The position numbers were made by a program, and so were the translations under genes. Positions 28,401 through 38,198 of a DNA stretch of 54,043 nucleotides are shown piece after piece. The DNA is from an uncultured virus (IMG/VR IMGVR_UViG_3300037312_001617) (Duplodnaviria; Heunggongvirae; Uroviricota; Caudoviricetes). Location of the stretch: the IMG/VR virus record IMGVR_UViG_3300037312_001617, positions 62,001-116,043 of that record. One strand, 5' to 3'. The notes beneath the pieces are model-generated. The model was given only the letters and a program-made list of their open reading frames with translations, searched no databases and was not told where the DNA came from. How positions within the stretch are numbered: position 1 is the stretch's first letter; the number at the start of each line of letters is the position of its first letter.

Positions 28401-28916
28401 CGACCTGGCTGGAATGCGTGGTTAGAACCGACACGAAGGAATGTCGTGTTTTATGTAACGGGTGTGACTCACCAAGGTTCTTATGGAACCGGCGCATTCA
28501 GTACGGTCACCGGGGGATTTGTCAGAGACCCGGGAACTTATGATGACATTGAAGATAATATTTTTGTTGGACAAACCAAAGTAACGGCTGCGGACTTCGG
28601 GGAAGTGATTAAAAAGAGTGAAATGAATGATTTAAAGAAACAACTGAGTGCCCTCCATAATCAATCCGACGAGGTAATAGGAGATGCGAGAAAAATCCCT
28701 ACACTTAGTAAAATGTACAGTTCGGCAGTCGGCAGTGTAACAGACTTTACTACCATGTGGAATAACGAATTTACGTCGAGCGAGATTGATACGAAGATCA
28801 AAACTTTGTATAAATCAGCTCCAAATGTAGTAAAGACCAGAAGTAGTACTTTCAAAAGCATCATCGACGATGCCGCTGCTTTTTACAAAAAAGTGTTGTT
28901 AAGCACTACGTACTAG
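25500..28916 (+). CDS. Baseplate hub with inserted cell-wall hydrolase domains (M15-like peptidase, GH73 glucosaminidase, degenerate SLT)
   Basis: Hub motifs VFEGEI, EFYQDRDGAIRIKNP, PFIRPG...FYVTGVTH; inserts SMHAFGRAFD...HTDHVHV, AGWESGWG...NNFFSIGA...WASDNNW, IIETASS...GLMGI...NIFHGT. Confidence 0.8.
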   Translation: MKILQSSDYRIYIDDVRVDPYVKTWTAACGLRASDASATITLYRTKKLEQWKGYLAQVRIFTRNVFSGKFGIVFEGEIVNRNWGDQRYDVGEIVFTCKGFYHWLDIPIPLLIGEDDTYSFVKRFQFEAQNMDVEGIRKFWLSREDQLMKDLTLEQIISQLFELINSGYYNYDDSTFSWTKLGDRFKVMGDIITEFRSAGYLDAFTWTRSTQIDSFYVYLNEILTQMMFEFYQDRDGAIRIKNPSWKDNILKAHIIDESVIQNVSGFNDWSNEPTRVLVIGGESDVTKYSSKQVGSDGILTIPMGLYIGKPGEGEYFSQNVELLLKATGDDTDYSDPAPSSDGTVQLSWKADPKKASAVGRGAGYGGMMYYVEAAYNDVKDRFGKTNFMGGYANRNVVGGSSKSMHAFGRAFDIGSTSAIMSKIAEYAKGFPNVQYVIYNRRICGPGGGEWRTYNGANPHTDHVHVDFLPVDGPSSKTSTGGGKEDSGTSGTGNLANYMNQDLLKPAKIPSAETINKIIKHGVDLRGGKSKLLNQGAAFVQAANESGMNPLFMLALAGWESGWGTNTISKTKNNFFSIGAIDSNPTGGAYRYDTPASAIVSAAKWIRKNWYDRGQTTIWKMNHSKSGTHNWASDNNWVNGVAGVWKGFGNVANDGTSISTTSPTSSTTSTSTSPNAAVGGVSITTRYAPTTPTALRPSQVTPKAIPVDYHSFNVDIVKYPIPTVANTYRTSITGRTNGVNGNLICFIIETASSWREKYKSNKHYGLMGIPKNYIDLVLGGKTSKMYVPEDNIFHGTKQFQNGYVRYSNKVTFGLASLYLGDISLLEGPIKSAGVEDFSKVRNYLGADVVKFVDTVINNFCKFFGGTYIKGDPHFTIAPDKPGGSNADDPVPGEYESSYKPIMSDEERLYKVNLKISEQLLIRYDSAAMPANAMGADELVQRYAKYMMQLYRAESHGVAVSLSTCMPFIRPGWNAWLEPTRRNVVFYVTGVTHQGSYGTGAFSTVTGGFVRDPGTYDDIEDNIFVGQTKVTAADFGEVIKKSEMNDLKKQLSALHNQSDEVIGDARKIPTLSKMYSSAVGSVTDFTTMWNNEFTSSEIDTKIKTLYKSAPNVVKTRSSTFKSIIDDAAAFYKKVLLSTTY

Positions 28917-28932
28917 AAAGGTTTGATGTCGC

Positions 28933-29994
28933 ATGAAAAATTCCTATTATTCTTCAACTATCCAACAATTCCATGCGGGTAAAGATTCGGTCATGGAGAT
29001 GGCGAAAATCTTAGATTTCAATTCTGAGCGATTGGTCGCACGCGTGTATACGTTGAATTCGAAGCAATACAAAGATGATGTCCCGGTCTTTTTCCCGAGT
29101 ATGTATATGAATACGGGCATCATCACACCGCCGGTTATCAACTCGACTTCCCTTTTATTCTGGGGGCCCGACCGACAGCCTTTTTTGTTGCCCATTCAAT
29201 TGACTGTACCTAATTCCTATGTGGAAGAAGGAATAACAAGGCTTTCGGCGTCTCCTAGTTTTATCGATAAACTATTAAGTTTGAAAAATGTACAAGGTGG
29301 AGAAGTACTGTTTCGGTCATTGGGAAATTCTTATTTATTTTTAAAAAACTTAGGGGATGTGGAGTTTGGTACTTCTAGGCTCCACCGCATCAACCTTACA
29401 TCAGCGGATGGGGCGTTCCATTCAACAACTGATAGAATACGTGCGGAAATCCCTAACAGCAGTTTCTATTTTGGTCCAGCATCCACCGATAGTTACGAAG
29501 ACCTTCGTACTCATTTTCATTTAGAAATTGGAGAGACATCCAACAATTCTAGTGAACTATCAGAAACAGATAATGAAAAATTATTGGATCAACTCATGAA
29601 TGACCAGTTGGATAACATAGAACTCGGTGAGCCTTCGCCGAAAATTGTGGATATACAGATGGGGCATGTGTTTGACGAGACGGGTAGTACGGTACAGGAT
29701 GAGGTGGACGGAACTGAATTATTTTCTAAGCAAACAATGAAAAAGGATTCCGTGGAAACCATTGAACAACTGTCCAAGGGTGGCAGGAAATTGTTCAAAA
29801 CAACAGATGGAACGAGAACCACTACTGTAGACCTGTCTCCAAATGAAGCATCTCTTAGTGTGGAACGAATTGTTAATGGGACGACACATTCCTCTAAAGT
29901 TGGAATTGATAAGGATGGAAATATTGTTTGCAGTAAAGATGGAGTCACGTATGATCTCTGGCAAGTCTTAAATTGGTTTTATGAGGAAAGGTAG
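28933..29994 (+). CDS. Putative baseplate spike (gp5/gpV-like)
   Basis: Follows the hub; N-terminal OB-fold-like region, beta-rich C-terminus. Confidence 0.5.
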   Translation: MKNSYYSSTIQQFHAGKDSVMEMAKILDFNSERLVARVYTLNSKQYKDDVPVFFPSMYMNTGIITPPVINSTSLLFWGPDRQPFLLPIQLTVPNSYVEEGITRLSASPSFIDKLLSLKNVQGGEVLFRSLGNSYLFLKNLGDVEFGTSRLHRINLTSADGAFHSTTDRIRAEIPNSSFYFGPASTDSYEDLRTHFHLEIGETSNNSSELSETDNEKLLDQLMNDQLDNIELGEPSPKIVDIQMGHVFDETGSTVQDEVDGTELFSKQTMKKDSVETIEQLSKGGRKLFKTTDGTRTTTVDLSPNEASLSVERIVNGTTHSSKVGIDKDGNIVCSKDGVTYDLWQVLNWFYEER

Positions 29995-30000
29995 GTGTGA

Positions 30001-30552
30001 ATGTTGGTTATCGATTTAAATCTATTTACACAGACCATTGCGGTGTTGAAAGAGAATAGTATTGACGATATCAAAGCTTCACTCGTATCCCTTGATATGC
30101 AGGAGCAAATAGCTCAGGATAAATACGATCAAGCGCTAAAGGAATTGAGAAGGCTGCTGATTCTGTTTAAAAAATACGAAAGCCAAATCAATACTCAGAA
30201 ACAGATTGTCACGGACGAAAAAATACAACCATTGGTTCCGCTCATCAAACAACAGCAAGAAGCTGCGGTTTTTACCAGTGTTAGAACGGCAACTGTCACG
30301 GAAGTAATAAACGCAAAAAAAGAATTAGACAGCATGGATGCTTCTGTAGAGGAAATGAAATTACGATTATTTTTCCAAGCAAGAGAAGCGAAACTCGCTT
30401 CCAATAACTTAGCAAAGATAGAATCTCAATGTTTCATCTTGGAAACTGCGATCGACATTGTGGAGCGATTTAATATAAACGGGTTTAGTATGCAAGAAAT
30501 ATCAGACTATGAAATTCCAAAATACTTTGAACTGTATCGAAAAGGCGGGTGA
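30001..30552 (+). CDS. Hypothetical coiled-coil protein
   Basis: 183-aa ORF in the baseplate operon. Confidence 0.65.
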   Translation: MLVIDLNLFTQTIAVLKENSIDDIKASLVSLDMQEQIAQDKYDQALKELRRLLILFKKYESQINTQKQIVTDEKIQPLVPLIKQQQEAAVFTSVRTATVTEVINAKKELDSMDASVEEMKLRLFFQAREAKLASNNLAKIESQCFILETAIDIVERFNINGFSMQEISDYEIPKYFELYRKGG

Positions 30553-31433
30553 TGGGAATGGATAACTTTTCTTATTTTCATTTATGTGACCATCAAATCA
30601 AAAAGGCTCAAAACAAAGGCGAGGTTGGTACCTTCTCTATTGAAAGCAATGATGAACAAATCCAGATTCTGACTAATGGGGCAGCCATCATAAAGATTCA
30701 GGAAGTCCGTGTACTTGCATACGACGAGGTAGTGGAGATTGTGGAGGCTTACTATGACAATCTTGAGAGCGAGCAAACATACGACGACAAGGACCCCGGA
30801 GAAGTCTATTATGACGACAAAAAGCAGTTCCTTGTAGATTTTTCTAAGTATTTTCAAGAAGGGAAAACAATATCCGACCCATTGCCAGATACCTTTTACG
30901 CTCCTATTTTGCATAATCGAATCCAGTGGAATGTAAAGCCACCCAAGAAGTATCAAGTGACCGCAGAAGTAAGATTTTCGAATGCTGGATACCAAATATA
31001 TCGGGCGGCAGATTGCCCGGTTTGCGGCGGCTTGGGATGGTTTGTTGATATACTAAATAAAAATGGGCAATTCCAACAGCCTACCGGTATTGCGAAAGTG
31101 GCGCAACGAGTGGTAAAGGATTTTCTTACGGAGCTGGGAACGTCAGTTTTTGATGATGCGTATGGAACGACCATCAAGAGAGATGCCATGGATTATGTGG
31201 CTGATGATGAATCGTTGTTTAATCAGATTAGAATTTCCGTTTCTAATGTTGAAGATGGTTACCTCGATGACCAACAAAATGTTATTAGGGACCTAAGTTC
31301 AGATGAGATTTTACAATCCTTAATGGTGGAAGATGTTTACCGTTCCACTCAGAACCCCACTTTGGTGATTGTTCGTTTAAAGATTGAGACGGTAGACGAA
31401 TCAAAGACTTTCCAGTTGGGATTTGGTTTATAA
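30549..31433 (+). CDS. Baseplate wedge / sheath-initiator (gp25-like) protein
   Basis: CPVCGGLG then C-terminal KDFLTELGT...YGT...NPTLVIVRL, directly before baseplate J. Confidence 0.6.
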   Translation: MMGMDNFSYFHLCDHQIKKAQNKGEVGTFSIESNDEQIQILTNGAAIIKIQEVRVLAYDEVVEIVEAYYDNLESEQTYDDKDPGEVYYDDKKQFLVDFSKYFQEGKTISDPLPDTFYAPILHNRIQWNVKPPKKYQVTAEVRFSNAGYQIYRAADCPVCGGLGWFVDILNKNGQFQQPTGIAKVAQRVVKDFLTELGTSVFDDAYGTTIKRDAMDYVADDESLFNQIRISVSNVEDGYLDDQQNVIRDLSSDEILQSLMVEDVYRSTQNPTLVIVRLKIETVDESKTFQLGFGL

Positions 31434-31448
31434 AAAGGAGGTAATGAT

Positions 31449-33479
31449 ATGGCGATCAATGATTTGTCAGTGAAAGAACAAGTGGTTCTTAACTATATGG
31501 AAGAACTACTGCGGGTTCAGTTCCCAAATCTTGACCTTAGTGAACATGGTGCATTTATGGAGACCTTTGGGTTACCTCATATAAAGTTGCTAACACCTTT
31601 AATGGACGCGGCGGACAGAATCAAATTAACTCAAAGCCTTGATAATGCAGAAGATATGACTGAGGAAGAAATGGATCGATTGGCGGCAGGATATTTTTTC
31701 TACCGGCAAGCAGGAGAATATGCCACAGGCTATGTCACGATGACATTTGATGACATTCCCGCAAATGGAACCATTCAAATACCTGCTGGCACAGAGGTTC
31801 AGAGCAAGCAAGGCCTATACTTTAAAAGTATTAGTACCGTTGTTCTCAATATTAATGACTTATCAAGTTATTACAATCCTGATGAGTTCATTTACCAGAT
31901 CCCTGTTCTGTTTGAATCCGAAAATCCAGGAGCAGATTACAACGTGGAATCAGGGGAGATTACAACTGTTATCACGCCTTTAAATCATCTTACAGGTGTT
32001 TCCAATGACGCCGCCTTTAAAGGGGGGAAAGCTAAGGAGACCAACACAGAACTGGCTGACCGTATCCAGGAAACAGCCGGAACACCAAATTTAGGCGTAG
32101 AAAGAGGATGGGTGGCTTTTGCTAAACAGTTTCCAGAAGTGTTGGATGTCATTGTGGCAGGATTCGGGCACCCACTTATGAAGAGAGATGTTATTGGCAC
32201 TCTCCCGGCAGATAGAATCATTTCAACTCTTTCCCCCGACGTGCATTGGGGAGGTAAAGTCGACTTGCATCTCAGAGGGAAGAAACTGACGGAAGTAACT
32301 GAAACCTTAACGATTGAGAAGAATGCAAGCGAGGAGCTTTTTGTTCCGTTATCTAACCATCCAACTCACGACATTTTGGAGATAACATTTACCTCATCCA
32401 GATACACGGATCCCAAACTAGATCCATCTTTCTTTCAGGTAAAGGACTTTCTCTTAATGAAGGACGAAGATACGGAAACGATGGGGACGGTCAATGAATC
32501 ATCCTGGGCGATTATTATTGATGACCGCCTCCTGGTAAACGATACCGTAACGGTCCGATACCGTTACAATCAGTTGTTTGAAGATATTAACGCCGCCTTA
32601 TACACAGAGGATAATCGTCCTCCAGCAAGTGACGTACTGCTAAAAGAAGCCATTAAAAAAACCGTGCAGGGTGCAGCTATTCTTAAATTGGAGTCCTATA
32701 CAGGTATTCAAGAAAAAGACAAGAGTGTGATAAGGCAGCGTCTATACAATTGGATTGATGAATTGAAGATGGGTTCGGAACTGCAAACCTCCGATTTTAC
32801 GGAACCTATCTATGATTTTGGCAGTGATAGCATCGATTCGAAAGTCGATTACATCAGTTTGCCTACTCAATTCATGGTAACAGATTACGATAATAAATAT
32901 CTTTATTATTGCATGAATCAAGAAAAAAGAGATTTCCTTGATGAAATCATGGCAAATTCCACTTACTTTACCGAATGGATTCCTTATTTCAGGGATAACG
33001 TCACGGTGTATGACTTTTTTGATGTCATGCATTTGTTAACTGTTCAAAATGTAGAAAAGGATGCATGGAAAACTTTGTCATATAAGGATCACGAATGGGG
33101 TAAAAAAGTGTACTTCTTCGGCTTAGCCAAAACCATGTTGGCCTATGTCAATTCCATTCAGCGGATGTCCCCTTCTAAATGGGTGGCTAAAGAAAATGCG
33201 TATTATGAACTTGGCAACTTAAGCATCTACGAGGATGTCACTTATACCGATACGGAACTGCAAAACCTAATTGAACTGTTTGAGTCCATCTCCAATCCGA
33301 ATGTGGACAACGATGATGATTATGTGACGGATAATATCCTCCACTTAACAATTTATTGCTGCACCATACTATATGTCATCACGACTGATAACGTAGGCGG
33401 ATTAACGACTAAAGACTTCTTTAGTTGGTTATCCGAACTTTCTAAAGGTACGCCAATAGATTACGAGGTTCAGAATTAA
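31449..33479 (+). CDS. Baseplate J (gp47/gp6-like) wedge protein
   Basis: ATGYVTMTF, IPAGTEV, GADYNVESGEI, FKGGKAKETNTELADRI, GGKVDLHL. Confidence 0.85.
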   Translation: MAINDLSVKEQVVLNYMEELLRVQFPNLDLSEHGAFMETFGLPHIKLLTPLMDAADRIKLTQSLDNAEDMTEEEMDRLAAGYFFYRQAGEYATGYVTMTFDDIPANGTIQIPAGTEVQSKQGLYFKSISTVVLNINDLSSYYNPDEFIYQIPVLFESENPGADYNVESGEITTVITPLNHLTGVSNDAAFKGGKAKETNTELADRIQETAGTPNLGVERGWVAFAKQFPEVLDVIVAGFGHPLMKRDVIGTLPADRIISTLSPDVHWGGKVDLHLRGKKLTEVTETLTIEKNASEELFVPLSNHPTHDILEITFTSSRYTDPKLDPSFFQVKDFLLMKDEDTETMGTVNESSWAIIIDDRLLVNDTVTVRYRYNQLFEDINAALYTEDNRPPASDVLLKEAIKKTVQGAAILKLESYTGIQEKDKSVIRQRLYNWIDELKMGSELQTSDFTEPIYDFGSDSIDSKVDYISLPTQFMVTDYDNKYLYYCMNQEKRDFLDEIMANSTYFTEWIPYFRDNVTVYDFFDVMHLLTVQNVEKDAWKTLSYKDHEWGKKVYFFGLAKTMLAYVNSIQRMSPSKWVAKENAYYELGNLSIYEDVTYTDTELQNLIELFESISNPNVDNDDDYVTDNILHLTIYCCTILYVITTDNVGGLTTKDFFSWLSELSKGTPIDYEVQN

Positions 33480-33494
33480 AAAGGAGGTGCACAG

Positions 33495-35081
33495 ATGTTA
33501 AGCAAGGAACAATCTGAGAACCTATTATATAGTCTTCCCAGTTTTTATCGCGATTTTCTTCCGGTGGATAATTCTCTCTTAAAACTTTATGACGTGTATG
33601 CCAAAACCATTGACTATGCGTGGAATGTTTACCGGGAAACAGAGGATGGTCAATTTATATCAACGACAAGAACCGTCAGCACTATCCCCTATTTTAAGGT
33701 CGATATAGAAGATGCTTTTTATAGTGTTCAGACAGCTGAGATCCTTTCTGGGATGAACTTCGAAGATCAAGTGGCATACATGGATAAAAATAATCTCTAT
33801 GCTTCTTTCAGTTTTTCTCAAAAGAATCAAACGGATGACCCTATCGTATACAGTATGAGGTTGATGATTAGTTTCACTGATACGGTACCGCTAAAAATGT
33901 TTACCGATTATTTCATTCGTAACAATCGCTTGTATTTATTGCCGAGCTTTGTTCAATCCAACAAACAAGTCCTTCGTTATCTGCATGCGTTTGATATGAA
34001 AATAAACGACTATACATTGGAAAAGAATTTCGGCAGTCGGTTTCAATTAAAACCGGGTTCTCTCTTAACCCGCTTTGAATACCGCGATGTATTGGAAGCC
34101 TATATTCGAGCCTTCCAAGGAAATCTAACCATTCGAGCGTTAAAAGAGAGTATCCGACTGGCGACCAAATGGGATACCTTTTCGATTGAAGATATGAAAA
34201 GCCCATCAATTTCAGAGGCTAAATTGCAGTTATATAAAGACTGGACAATATCACCGTTGAAATTTTTGGTGACTTTGCCTGAAGAGTTGATTCCAGAAAA
34301 AGCAAAAACCAATATCGTGCGGACATTATTGAATGAGATCAAGGAATCCCAGACGGATTATATGTTGTTTTATGATGTTCTTCGTTTGGATGAAATGCCG
34401 ATTATGATGAAGAAAAAGCCGATTTATCATGTGAATCGAACGGACCCCATTAGGAATAAGGAAACATCAAAAGTCAGTAAGTTGACCTTAAAAGTTCACG
34501 ACAATCCATTCGACTTATTCGGTACGTATGATACGACCTTTTTTTATAACCAAACCTTGGATTATGATGCGGAACCGAAGCCTGAGATTGTGGGTATCCA
34601 ACAACATAGTGCGAACTGGGATGAAACACAAGGCGATGACCAAGTAGCAGTTAAATTCTATTCTTTAATGATTCCTAGGAACTTTCATGCCAACAAAGAC
34701 TTATCGGCTGAAACGATTACGTTCTCCGTTAATTCAAACCAAGATACAACAACCTCCTTCGAATTATATGGTGCATTAAGAATCGATGGAACGTATAGAT
34801 TGATAGAATCTGTTGCGAATAATAAACAACAAGGAACAATTTCCTTCCTACATAATGCAATAGGAAGCGGAAACTTGTATTATAAAAGTAGGTCGAAAGA
34901 CCTATCGAAAGTGTCACTTTTCACTTTGCCTATCTACATTGGCGATCAATCGATGATCCCTATGTTTGATGAGGACGACATCATTCACGAGGATTACTTG
35001 TTGGAAGAGGCGTATGTTGTAGACACTAGTTTAGGAATGCAATCGTTAATCGCTTATTTACTTGATATAACAGCTTATTAA
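33495..35081 (+). CDS. Putative baseplate wedge protein
   Basis: Follows baseplate J; LLYSLPSFYR, LEKNFG, C-terminal FN3-like module. Confidence 0.55.
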   Translation: MLSKEQSENLLYSLPSFYRDFLPVDNSLLKLYDVYAKTIDYAWNVYRETEDGQFISTTRTVSTIPYFKVDIEDAFYSVQTAEILSGMNFEDQVAYMDKNNLYASFSFSQKNQTDDPIVYSMRLMISFTDTVPLKMFTDYFIRNNRLYLLPSFVQSNKQVLRYLHAFDMKINDYTLEKNFGSRFQLKPGSLLTRFEYRDVLEAYIRAFQGNLTIRALKESIRLATKWDTFSIEDMKSPSISEAKLQLYKDWTISPLKFLVTLPEELIPEKAKTNIVRTLLNEIKESQTDYMLFYDVLRLDEMPIMMKKKPIYHVNRTDPIRNKETSKVSKLTLKVHDNPFDLFGTYDTTFFYNQTLDYDAEPKPEIVGIQQHSANWDETQGDDQVAVKFYSLMIPRNFHANKDLSAETITFSVNSNQDTTTSFELYGALRIDGTYRLIESVANNKQQGTISFLHNAIGSGNLYYKSRSKDLSKVSLFTLPIYIGDQSMIPMFDEDDIIHEDYLLEEAYVVDTSLGMQSLIAYLLDITAY

Positions 35082-35099
35082 ACGTAGGGAGGGACAAAC

Positions 35100-35654
35100 A
35101 TGGCTCAATTTCCATTGACGGACTTACTCACAGGGATCAGAAGACTGTTTGTAGGTGTACAAGGGAAGGCAACAGACGGTTCATATAAAGATATAAATGT
35201 CACCGATAATGGGGAAGTCAAAACCGTATTGAGTGCAAGTAACCAAGTAATTGGGCGGACCGTTTTGTCAGATGGAACCAATTCTGTTTCTTTGACTTCT
35301 AACGGAAGTGTAAAGACATTACCTGTAAATGGTTCTGGGACTGAAATATTCAGTACCACGAATCCGGCGAAAGTCTTTGTAACGGGGGCCACGACCTTTA
35401 AAGGAGCAAAACAATCAGTCTCCACGGCCGGAACTAAAGTGCAACTTCCGAGCTATGCCTGTACGAAGGTGACGATTGTGGCACTAAAAGACAACACTGG
35501 TTCCATCTTTATCGGTGGTTCTGATGTAACACAAAGTGTATTCGGAGCTGAACTGGAAGCGAAAGATGCCGTCACCATTGAAGTATCAAATACGAATTTA
35601 ATCTACCTGACATCCAGTGTATCTGGTGAAGGAATTTCTTATTTCGCCGTTTAA
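35100..35654 (+). CDS. Hypothetical structural protein
   Basis: Thr/Ser/Gly-rich beta protein; RBS GGGAGG. Confidence 0.6.
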   Translation: MAQFPLTDLLTGIRRLFVGVQGKATDGSYKDINVTDNGEVKTVLSASNQVIGRTVLSDGTNSVSLTSNGSVKTLPVNGSGTEIFSTTNPAKVFVTGATTFKGAKQSVSTAGTKVQLPSYACTKVTIVALKDNTGSIFIGGSDVTQSVFGAELEAKDAVTIEVSNTNLIYLTSSVSGEGISYFAV

Positions 35655-35676
35655 TCCAAGGAGAGGGGAAAAGCAC

Positions 35677-36228
35677 ATGCAAAAACAGGAATACATGGAT
35701 GGTTTTTCTGGTATCGGGACGGTCACCGTTCGACCATTTAAGATTGAAAAAGATGGCACACGCACTTATTTTTCTGTAACAAAAAACAATTTGATTGTTG
35801 AAGCAGGGAGAGCGGCTTTGCTTGATTTGCTGGTAGGAGCAAAAAAGAAAAAGCTCAAATACATTCGCTGGGGAAAAGGGGGAGCAAAGGCATTTCCTGA
35901 CGGTGATCCACTCAGTCCGATACCAGTTGATGACAAGGATACAGATGTTGTCACCAAATTACTAGACAAACCATTAAGTGCTTACACTCGTGTAACACCT
36001 ACCCAAATTGATTATACGGAGACTCTGATTTGTGATGAAGTTGATTCTGATGTCAACGAAGCTGCTATGTTGTTTGAGGAAGAAACTACTTTGGAGAGAT
36101 CCATTTTCGCTCGTATCACTTTCCCGACCGTCAGATTGCAAATCGTTCAAGGTACAGGAATTGAAATTAAATGGACCTTCAATTTTACAAAAGCGGATGA
36201 GGTTCCAGCTTCAGTCACCACTATTTAA
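35677..36228 (+). CDS. Putative baseplate / tail-fibre attachment protein
   Basis: NNLIVEAGR...VNEAAML...IFARITFP...IKWTF pattern typical of myovirus baseplate/collar proteins. Confidence 0.55.
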   Translation: MQKQEYMDGFSGIGTVTVRPFKIEKDGTRTYFSVTKNNLIVEAGRAALLDLLVGAKKKKLKYIRWGKGGAKAFPDGDPLSPIPVDDKDTDVVTKLLDKPLSAYTRVTPTQIDYTETLICDEVDSDVNEAAMLFEEETTLERSIFARITFPTVRLQIVQGTGIEIKWTFNFTKADEVPASVTTI

Positions 36229-36251
36229 TTGTAAGGAGAGGTGAAAAATAG

Positions 36252-37631
36252 ATGACACAATATGTGGATATTGAGTTTAGGGAACGAGTAACGTCCGCCC
36301 CTTTAAATAAAAGATTTAAAGATATTACTGGCCCTGCTATTCTAAGTGGATTCCGGTTGGATTTAGGAAGTGTAGACTTCTCTATTAGTCTTAAAAAAGG
36401 TGACTATAGCAGCAGTGTCGCCATACATCCTAGTGGAGTCAGAATCGAGGAAGACCGAGACTTACTGGATGTAGTGGACATTGAGCCCAATGATTTAAAT
36501 GAAGGAAATCCAAGGGTGGATTCGATTTATCTCGTATATAGCTTCGGAACGGAAGGAATTCCGGCATCTTATGTGGTCGTACATGGAATAGGAGGCGAAG
36601 ATACACCATCTCCTAATCCTAACCCAAATACTCACTTACTCTTAGGATATATCAATGTTCCTCCTAATGGAGTGGCACCTAAAGTTACTGACTTAACTTC
36701 TGTGAATATTGGGATCAATACCCTTGAGGTTGCAAATAGTGCAACATTCAGGGGAGGTGCTACCTTTAAGGATAAAGTAGTATTTGAAAAGTCGGTCGTG
36801 TTTCTTGATGGAACAGATGGAGTGGAAGACCCGAATGGTTCGTTTTTTGAGCAATTGTCCTATCCTATCGTTGCAACGGCAGGGCAGCAAACGTTCACCG
36901 TCCCTAAAGGATACGCACCAAAGACAAATAGTTTGAAAGTATACAAGGATTGGGTTATCCAACCTCCGAGTGTGTATGATGAAAATTCATCGACAACTTT
37001 CCGTTTCTTAGATCCGTTAAAGGGCGGAGAGAAAATCTGGTTCGAATGGGCGCGTAACATCTCCTTATACAAACCAGAAGATCATAATCACGATACTTTG
37101 TATTACCGGAAGAACGAAGTGAATAATAGAAGCCTTCATTATTCCACAGATTTTTTTGCAGGACCTATCGGCCGTGTGATCAATCATTATTTTGGCACAT
37201 TGGATTATATCGTCTTGCCTCCTGTGACCACGGACAAAGCCGCCGATGTGGGAGAAGTAACCGTCCAAAAACAAGAGGATTCCATAGTTGTGTACAATAC
37301 AGGAACGTATAGAGGGAAATTCGACATTTCCTACTATCTAAAAAATTCCTTTCAATACACACCGAATAATGAGGACATTGGGATGTTTGATATCACATCC
37401 ACTGATTTGGATGCGAACAATAACAACTGGAAAGCCGTTAGTTATAAACGTTCGGACGGAACCCTCTATCTTAAAACAACCCTTGAAAATTACGACGCTA
37501 GAGGATACTATCGTCGGATAAAAATTGATTATTATAACACAACGGGGACAACGGTTATTGATACGAAAAGATATGCCTTAGATTATAACGACAAAGGCAT
37601 AATCTATCAAAAAACTCTTATTCCAGGATAA
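36252..37631 (+). CDS. Baseplate-associated / tail fibre protein
   Basis: NPRVDSIY...LLLGYINVPP fibre N-terminal module, ATAGQQTFTV module, HNHDTLYY repeat. Confidence 0.55.
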   Translation: MTQYVDIEFRERVTSAPLNKRFKDITGPAILSGFRLDLGSVDFSISLKKGDYSSSVAIHPSGVRIEEDRDLLDVVDIEPNDLNEGNPRVDSIYLVYSFGTEGIPASYVVVHGIGGEDTPSPNPNPNTHLLLGYINVPPNGVAPKVTDLTSVNIGINTLEVANSATFRGGATFKDKVVFEKSVVFLDGTDGVEDPNGSFFEQLSYPIVATAGQQTFTVPKGYAPKTNSLKVYKDWVIQPPSVYDENSSTTFRFLDPLKGGEKIWFEWARNISLYKPEDHNHDTLYYRKNEVNNRSLHYSTDFFAGPIGRVINHYFGTLDYIVLPPVTTDKAADVGEVTVQKQEDSIVVYNTGTYRGKFDISYYLKNSFQYTPNNEDIGMFDITSTDLDANNNNWKAVSYKRSDGTLYLKTTLENYDARGYYRRIKIDYYNTTGTTVIDTKRYALDYNDKGIIYQKTLIPG

Positions 37632-37634
37632 ATG

Positions 37635-37668
37635 AAATAGGACGGGATTCGCCATCCTGTCCTATTTT
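37635..37668 (+). terminator. Terminator
   Basis: AAATAGGACGGGAT-tcgcc-ATCCTGTCCTATTT. Confidence 0.8.
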
Positions 37669-37695
37669 CAAATATAAACAAAGGAGTGAAATGAT

Positions 37696-38178
37696 ATGGC
37701 AGCACCATTAACTATAGAACAAATGATTATGAATCATAACATTGGCGTGAATATTTCCGATGCAGATTCGTTAGAGGGTCATAAAGCATCAGAATTCTCC
37801 TTGGTGGGACATAAACATAGCGCTTCGGATATTAATTCGGGAACGATGGGAACAGCCTATTTACCTTCGGCTTCTACCACGGCAAAAGGGATTGTACAGT
37901 TGTCCTCCAATACGGATAGTACGGATGCGACAACCGCAGCAACCCCTTATGCAGTAAATCAAGTCAAAGCATTAGCGCAGGGAAAAGCGGATGCCGTTCA
38001 CAAACATGCCGCCGCCGATATTAATGCGGGAACCTTTCCAGGGCGGATGGTGGCTCTTAGTGAGGATACAGCTGGGGTCCCATTCATCCGCAATATCATT
38101 GTTTCCACCATTCCACCTACCTCCTCTGTTGGAAAAGATGGCGATCTGTACTTTATCTATAAAGACGTTATAATCTAA
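37696..38178 (+). CDS. Tail fibre protein with phage tail-fibre repeat
   Basis: ASTTAKGIVQLSSNTDSTDATTAATPYAV fibre repeat; HKHSASDI / HKHAAADI His repeats; GKDGDLYF. Confidence 0.75.
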   Translation: MAAPLTIEQMIMNHNIGVNISDADSLEGHKASEFSLVGHKHSASDINSGTMGTAYLPSASTTAKGIVQLSSNTDSTDATTAATPYAVNQVKALAQGKADAVHKHAAADINAGTFPGRMVALSEDTAGVPFIRNIIVSTIPPTSSVGKDGDLYFIYKDVII

Positions 38179-38198
38179 GGCTCGGAGGTGAGAAAACC